DNA of 64,000 nt from Octopus vulgaris (Eukaryota): contig OX597841.1 of NCBI GenBank assembly GCA_951406725.2, forward strand, positions 5,890,001-5,954,000. Direction: 5' to 3'. The notes beneath the pieces were generated by a model. It was not told where the DNA came from. It worked only from the letters and a program-made list of their open reading frames with translations, and did not search any database. Within the stretch, counting starts at the first letter, position 1; the number at the start of each line of letters is the position of its first letter. The position numbers were made by a program, and so were the translations under genes. This document shows positions 29,946-42,536 of the stretch, one piece after another.

Positions 29946-30075
29946 TAATATTCTCCGCCTAACCTGAACTCATCATATATCATCATCATCATCATCATCA
30001 TCGTCGTTTAAGCGGACGTTAAACGACGACGATGATGATGATATATGATGAGTTCAGGTTAGGCGGAGAATATTA
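29946..30075. repeat. Intronic near-perfect palindrome (copies at 40094-40220 and 57023-57152)
   Basis: taatattctccgcctaacctgaactcatcatatatc(atc)n gtcgtttaa-gcggacg-ttaaacgac(gat)n gatatatgatgagttcaggttaggcggagaatatta. Confidence 0.92.
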
Positions 30076-31807
30076 CTTTGATTTTTGGAGGCTTCATTTT
30101 TGAGAACTCCCTGAAAATATGTGGTTAGGGTCACAGAACAATGATATAAACATTTTTGCATTTTCAATTTTGGTAACTCCCCAAAACCGAAAGGATCCCG
30201 CATTTCTGTAGTTATGCCCTAAATTTACTGACAAAATATACATTATTAAACGATTAAAGGACTGAAAAGAAAATTACACAAACGGGTGTCAAAAGGGGAA
30301 ATATCGTTTACCAAAAGGAAAGCCGTTGTGAGGGAGGTCTTCCTGCTTGTCTTCAGGAATACTTAAAAAGCTGACAAATGTCTGTAGATATAGACTAACC
30401 TCCTATGGTTCAGTTTCTTGTCTTAGATATCACACACCTCCGTTAACAAGTGTGCAACAAATGCTATGTAGATATATTTTTTCACTTACCATTAGAATAC
30501 TTGTTGATCTGACCAGGATCCTTTCTTGAAATCCACTTTGTTTTTCCCACCATCGATAGTAGAAATGCGCACAATATTTGCTACAAAGGGGCATACAAAC
30601 AATTCGTGCTTTCGATCTAAGGTCCAAATGAAATATGAAGAAGGGCGAGCAAAGTTCCTCGATTCAAAGCTTTTTGCCCCTTTCCCCTAAAATAGGGATC
30701 AACCAACTAAAGCTGTGATCAAGAGAAATATTAAATCACAAATCATGTAAGTCGCTTCGTGTTATTCATAGAGATCAACGTTCACCTGAACACGAGGTAT
30801 TACTACATCTGATATAATTAGATTCGAAGCACGTGTAGAAGCTGTTGATAATTATTCCCGCGGTTGAACGACACCGGTGTCATATATTAAAAGTCCCCAA
30901 TATAACACGAAGAGACGTTAAAATTATATTAATTCACACCTTTAATTGCATCTCAGCCAAGGTAAATGATAAAAACCTCATCCAGCTAAATAGTAATTAC
31001 GTCTCAACAAGAGTGTCTGCGCATGGTCACTGAACCTGCTAAAAATAGCAGCCAAATATTTCTGACATCATTACATCTTAGCATTAGAATGCATATAATC
31101 GTATGTTTGTTCATTAAACGGACATATGATTAGAAACACAGCAGGTGCTGTTCCCTACGCCTTAATCAGGGGTCGCCAAACTTTTTCGACCATCGACCCT
31201 CAACTATAGCGAAGATCGAAACGGAGCCCTTCCCGGCTTTCAAATTCCTTTTTGTTTTCTCCGGAATCCCATGTTTTTAGGCCATGGAAATTTCGATTCT
31301 GGAAAAGATTTTTTCAACAATCCCAACATCAAAATTTCAGTCCCATATCCCTTTCCTTCGTTTTTTTACTTTTTCCTGAAATAAAGGGGGAAGGGTTCCG
31401 TTTACGACGGGGTGAAAGACAATGGACCGCACCCTCTTTCCGATGTTAATTGGGTTTTGTTTTTACAGGAACCCACGATATCGAGTGCGGAGATTCCAAA
31501 TCTGCAAAAACAATCTGCATTAATAAATTTTTAATCTTCCCACGCAATTTCTTAAATTTTCTACTAAAAAACAAAAATTTTCTGGTGAAATATGTAGAAA
31601 AAAAAGGAGATTACGATTCTGAAAAAAAACCCAAAGAAACCGTAAATTCTAATTTTTCAAAATATACAAAACAAAAAAACCCCAAAAAACTGTAAATTTT
31701 AATTCTTCAAAATATACAAAATAAAAACAAAAACCCCACCTCCTACCCTGACCCATAAGAAGATATGAAATGAAAGTGTTTTCTTCTATTAATGTTTCCC
31801 GCGTGCA

Positions 31808-34800
31808 TCATCATCATAATCATCGTTTAACGTCCATTTTCGCGCCAGCACGGGTTGGACGGTTCGACCGGGGTCTGGGAAGCTAGGGGCTGCACCCGGC
31901 TCCAGTCTGATCTTGCACAGTTTCAACAGCTGGATACCCTTCCTTATGCCAACTACTCCGCAAGTGTAGTGGGTGCTTTTTACATGCCACCTGCACAGGT
32001 GCCGGGGGTGGGGGGGGGATTCCGGCATTGGCCACTATCGGTTGGAGCTTTTAACGTGCCACCGACACGGAAGCCAGCCAAGGCGGCGCTGGCAACAGCC
32101 ACGTTTGGATGGTGCTTTTTATGTGCCACCGGCACAGAAGCCAGTCGAGGCGGTGCTGGCTACGGCCACATTTGGATGGTGCTTTTTATGTGTCGAGGCG
32201 GTGCTTGCTAAGGCCACGTTTTGATGGTGCTTTTTATGTCCCACCGGCACAGAAGCCAGTCGAGGCGGTGCAGGCTACGGCCACGTTTTGATGGTGCTTT
32301 TAATGTGCCACCTGCACAGGTATCACAACTACTATTTCCATTGATAATTATCTCAATGTTCATGTGCTTGACTCAACAGGTCTCCTCAAGCATAGCGGGA
32401 CGTTCTGGGATCCAGGGTACTTTCAATGAGCAGGGGCTATGCGGAACTGGCATAGGAAGCAGCCCGGGTCTTTGCAGTCACAGCATATCTCCAGAGGTCT
32501 CGGTCCTTCCCCATTGCCTCAGTGAGGCCCAACGCTCTGAGGTCATGCTTGACTACCTCATCCCATGTCTTCCTGGGTCTACCTCTCCCCTGATACCTTC
32601 AACTGTTTAGGAGTGGCACTTCTTCACACATCTCTCCTCATCCATCTGCAGCACATGACCATACCATCGCAAGCGTCGCTCTTGCACCCCACATCTGATG
32701 CTTCTTATGTCCAGCATTTCTCTCAGGGTGATTACACTCTGTCATGCGTGCACACTGACATTACACATCCAGCGGATCATGCTAGCTTCATTTCTTTCAA
32801 GTCTACACATATCCCCTGCAGTCACAGCCCATGTTTCACCACCGTGAAGCATGGCAGTTCGCACACATGCATCATACAATCTACCTTTCGGTCTGAGTGA
32901 GAGACCCTTTGTCGCCAGTAGGGGTAGGAGCTTTCTGAACTTTGCCCAGGCTAATCGTATTCTAGTGGTGATACTCTCTAAGCATCCACCTCCACTACTA
33001 ACTTGGTCACCCAGGTAGCGGAAACTATCAACTACTTCTAGTTTCTTCCCCTGGAGTGTGATGGAATCTGTTTTCTGAGTGTCTGTGGTGTCTATTGTCC
33101 CTGTGCATCTGCCGCACATGAAAGCTATCTTATCAGTTAATTTCCCTTTGATGTTGCCGCATCTCTTATGCGTGCATAGCTTACATCGGGTGCATCTTAT
33201 GGAGTTTCTACTTACACCTTTCCTTCAGATCAAGCAGGGCCACCTGCCCGAGGGAGTGTGTGATGAGTTCGCCTTTTTGCTTACTATAACTTTGGTCTTT
33301 GCTACATTTACTCTATGGCCCTTTGATTCTAACCCTTGCTTCCACACTCGAAATTTCTTTTCTAGTTCCGGTAGTGATTCTGCTATGAGAGCCAGGTCAT
33401 CAGCATAGAGGAGCTCCCAGGGGCATCTTGTTTTGAATTCCTCTGTTATTGCCTGGAGGACTATGATGAATAAAAGGGGACTGAGGGCTGATCCTTGGTG
33501 TACACCTACTTCTACCCGGAGTTCTTCACTATATTCTTTGCCAATCCTAGCCTTGCTGACAGCCTCTCTGTATAGAGCCTGTACAGCCCTTATTAGCCAT
33601 TCGTCAATCTCCAGTTTCCGCTTCGACCACCAGATAAGGGATCGAGGAACCCTGTCAAAGGCCTTCTCCAAGTCCACAAAAGCTATGTAGAGGGGTTTAT
33701 CTTTAGCTAGGTACTTCTCCTGCAGTTGTCGGACCAGGAATATAGCATCAGTGGTGCTTCTACCTGGCACAAAACCGAACTGCATCTCATCTAAGCAAAT
33801 TCTCTCCCTAATGAGAAGGGTTATGACCCTCTCTGTGACCTTCATCACCTGATCCAACAGTTTAATACCCCTGTAGTTATTTCTATCTAGAGCATCATCC
33901 TTACCCTTGTAGCAGTTGACTATGGTGCTGCTACGCCAGTCAATGGGTATGACTCCATTAAGAACTACCTGGTTTACAATGCAGGTGACTAGGCCATAGC
34001 TCACATACGAGGGGCGTTCAATAAGTAATGCCCCTGACCCACTTCCTATAGCAGTAGAGCAGCGAAACTTGGCACAGTTATTAGTCTTTTTTTACATAGG
34101 AACCACCAAGAGTTACGCATTTCTACCATCGTTTGATGCAGCTCTGGAAACCATTTTTGTAGAAGAACCCAGCTTGGTCCTCCAACCTCAACGTGACTTC
34201 AGAAATCAAGGCTGCATCATCTGGGAAACGCTTTCCTTTCAAAAATAACTTCATGATTGGGAAGAGGTGAAAATCAGAGGGTGCAAGGTCAGGAAAGTAG
34301 GGGGGATGGGGAGGAGTTCTTAGCCATACGCCTGTGCTTCTGATCTGGCGACAAGCGAGTTGTGGACCGGAGCGTTGTCCTGCAGGAGGAGGATGCCTTT
34401 GCTGATCTTGCCCCGCCTCTTGATTTTGATAGCTTCTCTTAATTTCCTCAAAGTAAAGCATAATAGGCTCCTGCAATTGTGGTAGCCTTTGCCAGGAAAT
34501 CTGTCATCACTACTCTGTCCTGTTCCCAGAAGACTGTGAGCATGACCTTGCCAGCGGAGGGCAGCACCCTTGCGTTCTTTGGAGGGGGTTTAGTCACGGT
34601 GCTTCCACTGCATTGGCTGGGCTTTGGTCTCTGGATCATTGTGATGGACCCAGGTTTCATCCTGTGTAATCAGTCTTTTGAAAAATTTTGACTCATCTTC
34701 TTGGCACATCTCCAAATTCACCCTCGAGCACTCGACGCGTTCTTGCTTCTGGAAAGGCGTGAACAACCTGGGAATCCATCTGGCAGACACCTTTTGCATA

Positions 34801-35496
34801 TGCAAATGGTCATGAATGATAGTTTCCACAGACCCGGTACTAATCTTGACCTCATGGGCTATTTGGCGAATAATTATGCGTCGATCTTCCAAAATGGCAG
34901 CCTCAACTTGACAGACAGATGCCTCATCAATAGCAGAAGGGGACGACCAGATTTGGGAGCTATTTCCACAGAGTTCCGACCATGTTTGAATTCACGATGC
35001 CAGCGTTTTACAAGGTCATATGATGGGGCATCATCACCATAAGTTATTTTCATTTCATCAAAAGTCTCCCATGGTGTGCGTCCTTTCAAATACAAAAACC
35101 AGATCACTGCTCGACACTCAACAGGCTCCATTTCACACTTGACTCGGTTCAAACACCTGTAAATCAGAAACCACAATTAATTCAGAGCTGTAATTTGCCA
35201 CTTACTCTATAGAGATATAAATGATTGCACGTGCAAAATTTCAGCTAGATCAAACAACTGCAAGTGGGTGAGAGGCATTACTAATTGAACGTCCTTCGTA
35301 GCCAGCTGTTTTAAGCATCTCAGCAGTGATTCCTGATAGGCCGGGGGCTTTACCTGGTTTCATATCCTTAATTGCCTTAACTACAAGGGAGCTGGTCCCT
35401 CTACTGGGTCAACATTTGGCAGGCTCTCCTCCTCATTCAGCAGTCTTTCATAATCGCTTCTCCAAGCCTCTTTCTTTCTTTTTCACCAACAGTAAA
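31808..35496 (-). mobile_element. Second (duplicated) copy of the RTE LINE, interrupted by a mariner
   Basis: Same RT fragments (33225-34004, 32742-33119) and the same boundaries as 23060-25329. Confidence 0.92.
34008..35298 (-). mobile_element. Full-length but frameshifted mariner DNA transposon (1291 bp)
   Basis: Imperfect ~37-bp TIRs (cgaggggcgttcaataagtaatgcccctgacccactt / aagtgggtgagaggcattactaattgaacgtccttcg) and TA target duplications. Transposase fragments include SARWIPR, ITQDETWVHH, SAGKVMLTVFW and HPPYFPDLAPSDFHLF. Confidence 0.95.
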
Positions 35497-38014
35497 ATGC
35501 ATAAAATTATAAAATAGAAGCTGCCCAAAGTGAGAGTCGGGTGGGGTTCAGGAGGTGATGCAGGCTGTGATGGGAATGGTGAGGAGAATAAGGGGAGCTG
35601 GATGAAGAGCCTGCTTTTCCCATTCAATTCCAAGATTAACAACCGCATGATTTTCACTAAGAGAAAAAAGACAAAACTTGGATTTTTGGGGTGGAATCAA
35701 GTACCCTGACCTAAAAAGATGCTTCACGTCCCTTATATTGGTTTGGAAAACAAGAGGGTAGGGTCACCCCTTCCCATTTCGGAATCATTGGATATTTTTG
35801 CAGTTTTTTTTTCTTGAATGAATTCCTGTGACCTAATATGCTACAAAACTCTTTTGGGGGTCCGTAAAACGGGGTGGGGTGAGGTGGAAGCCTCAGAAAT
35901 ATTGCCCATAACCCCACTAATCTTTTAACCTGCATGAAAAAAGTGGGGAAGGCCCCCAATTTTTTGTTAACCACAATAAGGGATTTGCAGCATATTAGGA
36001 GGTCAGGATACTTGATTCCACGCAAAAAAATTCAATTTTTTTCCTTACTGAAAACTTTGTGGATAAAAAGGTCAATGGCGGTGGGGTGAACATTCCAAAG
36101 CTTCCAGCTCACTCCATCCCGTTTTTCGGACCCCAAAACAGGTTTTGTAGCATATTAGGTCAGAGGAATTCATTCAATGAAAAAAATAAATTTCCAAGGA
36201 TTCCAAGATGGGGGTGTCCTCCCACTTTTCCAAACCAAAATAAGGGATTTGCAGCATATTAGGAGGTATTTCTTTTATCAAAGCAGCTGGTTGCACCCCA
36301 CAAGGTTTGATAGAACCTACTGAAGCAATCCAGCATCCTCACAGTATTACTACAGGTGACAGCGAGGCTCAGGTGTTAAGAAAAACCATGCACCCACACG
36401 GGCATCACCTGCCAGTGTTGACAAGAACTTCATGGATAAGGGCCTAGTCCCTCTGAATGTCTCAAACACCACAAGGTGGAAGTGATAGTTCACTGTCACG
36501 TCCCGATACCTCAGGGTTTTCTTCCATTTGGCTATGGAAGCAGTGACCCTGCCATTAACTGCAGCATCCAGGATGTGAGAAGGAGCAAAGGAGTAGCAGA
36601 TTGTGGCATCCCAAATGAGGCACCTTACCTCTAACCCAGGCACAGATGACAAGACCATCTCGTCTATTTCTACCACTTGTGAGAAACATTTTCAGGATGA
36701 GGGGACAGGAGTTTCGGCTAATTCACACATCTTTATTTCCTCATACGTTTTCACAAAGTCTGTGAATTGCCCACCCCTACTCCAGGTAGTATTTACCCCC
36801 AACAAATTCCTATATAATTGTAATCTACACAATTTGAAGCATTTAAAAAAAAAATTGTGTGGTAAGTAGCTTGCTTATCAATCACACGGTTTCCCGGTTC
36901 AGTTTCACTGCTTGGCACCTTGGGTAAGTTTCTTCTCCTATAGCCTCTGGCCAGCCAAAGCCTTGTGACTGGATTTGGATGACGGAAACTGTAAGAAGCC
37001 CGTTGTATATAGATATATACAGTTTTTAAGGTCTACCCCTAAATTTGGTAATGAAACCTATAGTAACACCTGGACTGAACGCCACTACATCGTACCAAAC
37101 ACCTTGGACTTTCCATCTTGGGTAAGAATCCAATACTGCAACGGTTGAGGGTTTCCAGGGCCCTCAGCTTTTCAATATCTCGACACAAAACCAGAAAGAT
37201 TTATTAAGTGTAGGGTTGGATGTGCTCTAACGATGTATTCAACTTTTTATCTGAGATACTAAACGAACCCACAGCGTAGAGAAACACAAAGAAGAGCAGC
37301 TTTGTTCATCTAATTGCTTCATCAGAAGCAAATTGACAGAGGAATAAGAAGCAAGCTGAAATAAACAAGCAAACAAAGATCAAAGCCCAGCATCAACAAA
37401 CACCTTGGATGCAATTAATAAACGAGAAGCAATCAAAGCAAGTTTCAGTGTTGAAGACATATTTATTTAACCACGTCACCTCCACACGATTTCACAATCT
37501 TCTTCATGGAGTATATATTTTCAGTATGCAAGAAATTGTGTCTTGCTAAAAACCCAGTTACTCTAAAAGATGTTCACCTGGATTTCTCCACCATCTGCTC
37601 TCATGATGCTGCACTGCCTCACACGTTTCTCCTCTTTTAGATTTCAGCTTTAATATCAATGGGCCTCTCGTGTCTGCTACATTCTGCTACACACACAACT
37701 ATATTTATCTGCACATCACTGTTTCCACTCCTCACAATTGTCTAATCTAGTGCTTCCTAAAGTGGCAATATTTATGGTTATACAAATTATTTTCTACACA
37801 CAATTCTAACAAATACCTGTGCCCAGCAAAACTATGCGTATCCCAGGTAAGTGCTTACAAAAAGGGTTGGCATCATTAACAATACCTCAAAAAGGAACCC
37901 TGATGATTATGAATGTTACCAAGGGTTCATCAGTTACTGACAATACCCACAAGGAGAAAGGGTTTTAAAATGTCTGTTGCTGTGAGCTGCAAAGACATTT
38001 CATAAAAAATACAG

Positions 38015-39298
38015 TCAAATTCTTGTATGGATAGATACGTGTGCAGCTAAGTAACGTTTCCTAGAGAATGATTTACCACAGAAATCACAGCGAAAAGGCC
38101 TCTCTCCTGTATGAATACGTTTGTGAGAAGTTAAATGACAATTTTGAGAGAATGATTTACCACAGATATCACAGTGATATGGTTTCTCTCCGGTATGAAC
38201 ACGTTTGTGAGATGTTAAACTATCACTTCGAGAAAATGATTTACCACAGATATCACATTGAAATGGTTTCTCTCCTGTGTGAATACGTTTGTGTACAATT
38301 AAGTTACTTCCGTCAGAGAATGATTTACCACAGATATCACAGCAAAATGGCCTCTCACCTGTATGAATATGTTTGTGAGTAGTTAATCGAGAATTTTGAG
38401 AGAATGATTTACCACAGATATCACAGCAAAATGGCCTATCACCTGTATGAATACTTTTGTGAGAAGTTAATTGACTGTTTGTAGGGAATGATTTGCCACA
38501 GATATCACAAGGAAATGGCTTAGCTCCTGTGTGATTACGTTTGTGACTAATTAAGGCACTTCTATAAGAGAATGGTTTCCCACAGACATCACACTCATAT
38601 GGCTTCTCACCTGTATGAATACGTATGTGTGTAGTTAAATTGTTCTTTTCAGAGAATGATTTACCACAGATATCACAGTGATACGGCTTTTCTCCTGTAT
38701 GACTTCGTTTGTGTCCAACTAATTTACTGCTTACAGAGAAAGATTTACCACAAATATCACAGTGAAATGGTTTTTCCCCTGTGTGAATGCGTTTGTGTGT
38801 AGTTAGGCTACTGTTTTCAGAGAATGATTTACCACACAAATCACAATGAAATGGCTTCTCTCCTGTATGAATACGTTTGTGTTTAGTTAAGTGACTGCTT
38901 TGTGTGAAGGATTTACCACAAATATCACAGCGAAATGGCTTCTCTCCTGTATGAACACGTTTGTGATTAGTTAAGTTATTGCTTTGTATGAAGGATTTAC
39001 CACAAATATCACAGCGAAATGGCTTCTCTCCTGTATGAATACGTTTGTGAGTAGTTAAGTCAGAGCTTTGAGAGTATGATTTACCACAGATATCGCAGTG
39101 ATATGGTTTTTCTCCCGTGTGAATACGTTTATGAGTAGTTAACACACTATTTTGAGAGAATGATTTACCACAGACATCACACTGGAACGGTTTTTCTCCT
39201 GTGTGAGTACGCTTGTGTCTATCTAAGAAATCACTTCTAGTGGTTGATTTACCACAGATATCACAACGATACAATGATTTTCGCATATTTTTCAGCAT
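38015..39298 (-). CDS. C2H2 zinc-finger protein, 427 aa, 15 fingers (unit 3), including the terminal [16 protein letters not shown] finger
   Basis: Intact ORF with acceptor at 39679. The upstream exon is deleted at the ~40640 junction. Confidence 0.9.
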   Translation of the reverse strand: MLKNMRKSLYRCDICGKSTTRSDFLDRHKRTHTGEKPFQCDVCGKSFSQNSVLTTHKRIHTGEKPYHCDICGKSYSQSSDLTTHKRIHTGEKPFRCDICGKSFIQSNNLTNHKRVHTGEKPFRCDICGKSFTQSSHLTKHKRIHTGEKPFHCDLCGKSFSENSSLTTHKRIHTGEKPFHCDICGKSFSVSSKLVGHKRSHTGEKPYHCDICGKSFSEKNNLTTHIRIHTGEKPYECDVCGKPFSYRSALISHKRNHTGAKPFPCDICGKSFPTNSQLTSHKSIHTGDRPFCCDICGKSFSQNSRLTTHKHIHTGERPFCCDICGKSFSDGSNLIVHKRIHTGEKPFQCDICGKSFSRSDSLTSHKRVHTGEKPYHCDICGKSFSQNCHLTSHKRIHTGERPFRCDFCGKSFSRKRYLAAHVSIHTRI

Positions 39299-41339
39299 TT
39301 CTTTGAGGAATCAAAATAGACCCAATCCTTGGCCTTTCTCACCACATTAAACTTTTACTCCTATCTTTATCCTTCTTTTTATAGTTTATTCCTTACAAAT
39401 ATTTCCACTGCAAACTTCACTGATATCTAAAGATGCTATAAATTTAGAAAGTCATCAAAGAGTAACGAGAATGCAAAGCATCAGCTAATGAAATAGAAAA
39501 ATGTTGCTATTAATCTCAGTTCTGAGCAAACATTTCATAGAATTTCTACCAAAGATTTATAGAAATAGGCTTAGATGCGTTCTGTGTAAACTTTTCCTCA
39601 AGACTTTAAAAGATGAAAAATGTTGAAGATGTATTCATTATAAAAGAACATTTCTTTGATGCCAATGTCATCCGTAAATCTGAAATGATAAAGAAACAGA
39701 ATTAGATAGAGAGGAGAGATCAAAAGAGAAATGTTACAATATTTCTTTATTAATTAACAAATGACATCATATAACATTGGGTGAAATGTAAGAATTTGTA
39801 AACTACAACTACTCTTTAACATTGTGTAACATTACTCATGCATGCACATATATACATATCTACATGTATCTACGTATATATATATTGTCAATAAAAATTA
39901 AAAAAGGGGGTAGAATTAATTAAATTCTAAAAAGCTCGGTGTGATATGCATTGTCTGGGAGACATTTTCTTGCAGTTGAAGAAATAGCCAAATTTATGGC
40001 TGCTATTTCTAAAAAGCTCGGTGTGTGGTAAAGTAAATTATTTTACTTTACCCTATTTTCATAAATTTTTTATAAAATACCTATATATATATATAATATT
40101 CTCCGCCTAACCTGAACTCATCATATATCATCATCATCATCATCATCATCGTCGTTTAACGACGACGATGATGATGATGATGATGATATATGATGAGTTC
40201 AGGTTAGGCGGAGAATATTACTTTGATTTTTGGAGGCTTCATTTTTGAGAACTCCCTGAAAATATGTGGTTAGGGTCACAGAACAATGATATAAACATTT
40301 TTGCATTTTCAATTTTGGTAACTCCCCAAAACCGAAAGGATCCCGCATTTCTGTAGTTATGCCCTAAATTTACTGACAAAATATACATTATTAAACGATT
40401 AAAGGACTGAAAAGAAAATTACACAAACGGGTGTCAAAAGGGGAAATATCGTTTACCAAAAGGAAAGCCGTTGTGAGGGAGGTCTTCCTGCTTGTCTTCA
40501 GGAATACTTAAAAAGCTGACAAATGTCTGTAGATATAGACTAACCTCCTATGGTTCAGTTTCTTGTCTTAGATATCACACACCTCCGTTAACAAGTGTGC
40601 AACAAATGCTATGTAGATATATTTTTTCACTTACCATTAATGGATGCAATTAATAAACGAGAAGCAATCAAACATACATATTTAGGTACATATAAAAACC
40701 AAGTCTGCAAGTTTCAGTGTTGAAGACATATTTATTTAACCACGTCACCTCCACACGATTTCACAATCTTCTTCATGGAGTATATATTTTCAGTATGCAA
40801 GAAATTGTGTCTTGCTAAAAACCCAGTTACTCTAAAAGATGTTCACCTGGATTTCTCCACCATCTGCTCTCATGATGCTGCACTGCCTCACACGTTTCTC
40901 CTCTTTTAGATTTCAGCTTTAATATCAATGGGCCTCTCGTGTCTGCTACATTCTGCTACACACACAACTATATATATCTGCACATCACTGTTTCCACTCC
41001 TCACAATTGTCTAATCTAGTGCTTCCTCAAGTGGCAATATTTATGGTTATACAAATTATTTTCTACACACAATTCTAACAAATACCTGTGCCCAGCAAAA
41101 CTACGTGTATCCCAGGTAAGTGCTTACAAAAAGGGTTGGCATGATTATGAATGTTACCAAGGGTTCATCACTTACTGACAATGCCCACAAGGAGAAACGG
41201 TTTTAAAATGTCTGTTGCTGTGTGCTGTAAAGACATTTCATAAATAATACAGTCAAATTCTTGTATGGATAGATACGTGTGCAATTAAGTAACGTTTCTC
41301 AGAGAATGATTTACCACAGAAATCACAGCAAAAAGGCCT

Positions 41340-42536
41340 CTATCCTGTATGAATACGTTTGTGAGAAGTTAAACGACAATTTTGAGAGAATGATTTACCA
41401 CAGACATCACAGCGAAATGGCTTTTCCCCTGTATGAATACGTTTGTGAGAAGTTAATTGACAATTTTGTGAGAATGATTTACCACAGATATCACAGTGAT
41501 ACGGCTTTTCTCCTGTATGAATACGCCTGTGTTTATTTAAAGTATCACTTTGAGAGAATGATTCACCACAGATATCACAGTGGTATGGTTTCTCTCCTGT
41601 ATGAACCCGTTTGTGAGAAGTTAAATGATAATTTTGAGAGAATGATTTACCACAGATATCACAGTGAAATGGTTTCTCTCCTGTGTGAATACGTCTGTGT
41701 TTAGTTAAGTGATTGCTTTGAGAGAATGATTCACCACAGATATCACAGTGGTATGGTTTCTCTCCTGTATGAATGCGTTTGTGATAAGTTAATTGACAAT
41801 TTTGAGAGAATGATTTACCACAGATATCACAGTGGTATGGTTTCTCTCCTGTATGAACAAGTTTGTGATTAGTTAAGTGATTGCTTCGAGAGAATGATTT
41901 ACCACAGATATTACAGTGAAACGGATTCTCTCCTGTGTGAATACGTCTGTGTATATTTAAGTCACCACTTGCAGTGAATGATTTGCCACAAACATCACAG
42001 CGAAATGGTTTCTCCCCTGTATGAACACGTTTATGTACAATTAAGGCACTTTTGTCAGAGAATGATTTACCACAGACATCACAGGGAAATGGTTTTTCTC
42101 CTGTGTGAATACGCCTGTGTCTAGTTAAACTATTACTCTGAGTGAAGGATTTACCACAGATATCACAGTGAAATTGCTTCTCTCCTGTATGAACACGTAT
42201 GTGTTTAGTTAAGTCATTGCTTTTAGTGAAGGATTTACCACAAATATCACAGCGAAATGGCTTCTCTCCTGTATGAACAAGTTTGTGTTTAGTTAAGGCA
42301 CTTCTGTGAGAGAATGATTTACCACAAATATCACAGTGATATGGTTTCTCTCCTGTATGAACAAGTTTGTGTATAGTTAAGTTATTGCTTTGAGTGAAAG
42401 ATTTACCACAAATATCACAGTGATATGGTTTCTCTCCTGTGTGAGTACGCTTGTGTCTATCTAAGGCAGCACTTCTAGTGGTTGATTTACCACAGATATC
42501 ACAACGATACAATGATTTTCGCATATTTTTCAGCAT
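41340..42536 (-). CDS. C2H2 zinc-finger protein, 398 aa, 14 fingers (unit 4)
   Basis: Intact tandem C2H2 ORF with acceptor at 42917. Confidence 0.93.
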   Translation of the reverse strand: MLKNMRKSLYRCDICGKSTTRSAALDRHKRTHTGEKPYHCDICGKSFTQSNNLTIHKLVHTGEKPYHCDICGKSFSHRSALTKHKLVHTGEKPFRCDICGKSFTKSNDLTKHIRVHTGEKQFHCDICGKSFTQSNSLTRHRRIHTGEKPFPCDVCGKSFSDKSALIVHKRVHTGEKPFRCDVCGKSFTASGDLNIHRRIHTGENPFHCNICGKSFSRSNHLTNHKLVHTGEKPYHCDICGKSFSQNCQLTYHKRIHTGEKPYHCDICGESFSQSNHLTKHRRIHTGEKPFHCDICGKSFSQNYHLTSHKRVHTGEKPYHCDICGESFSQSDTLNKHRRIHTGEKPYHCDICGKSFSQNCQLTSHKRIHTGEKPFRCDVCGKSFSQNCRLTSHKRIHTG

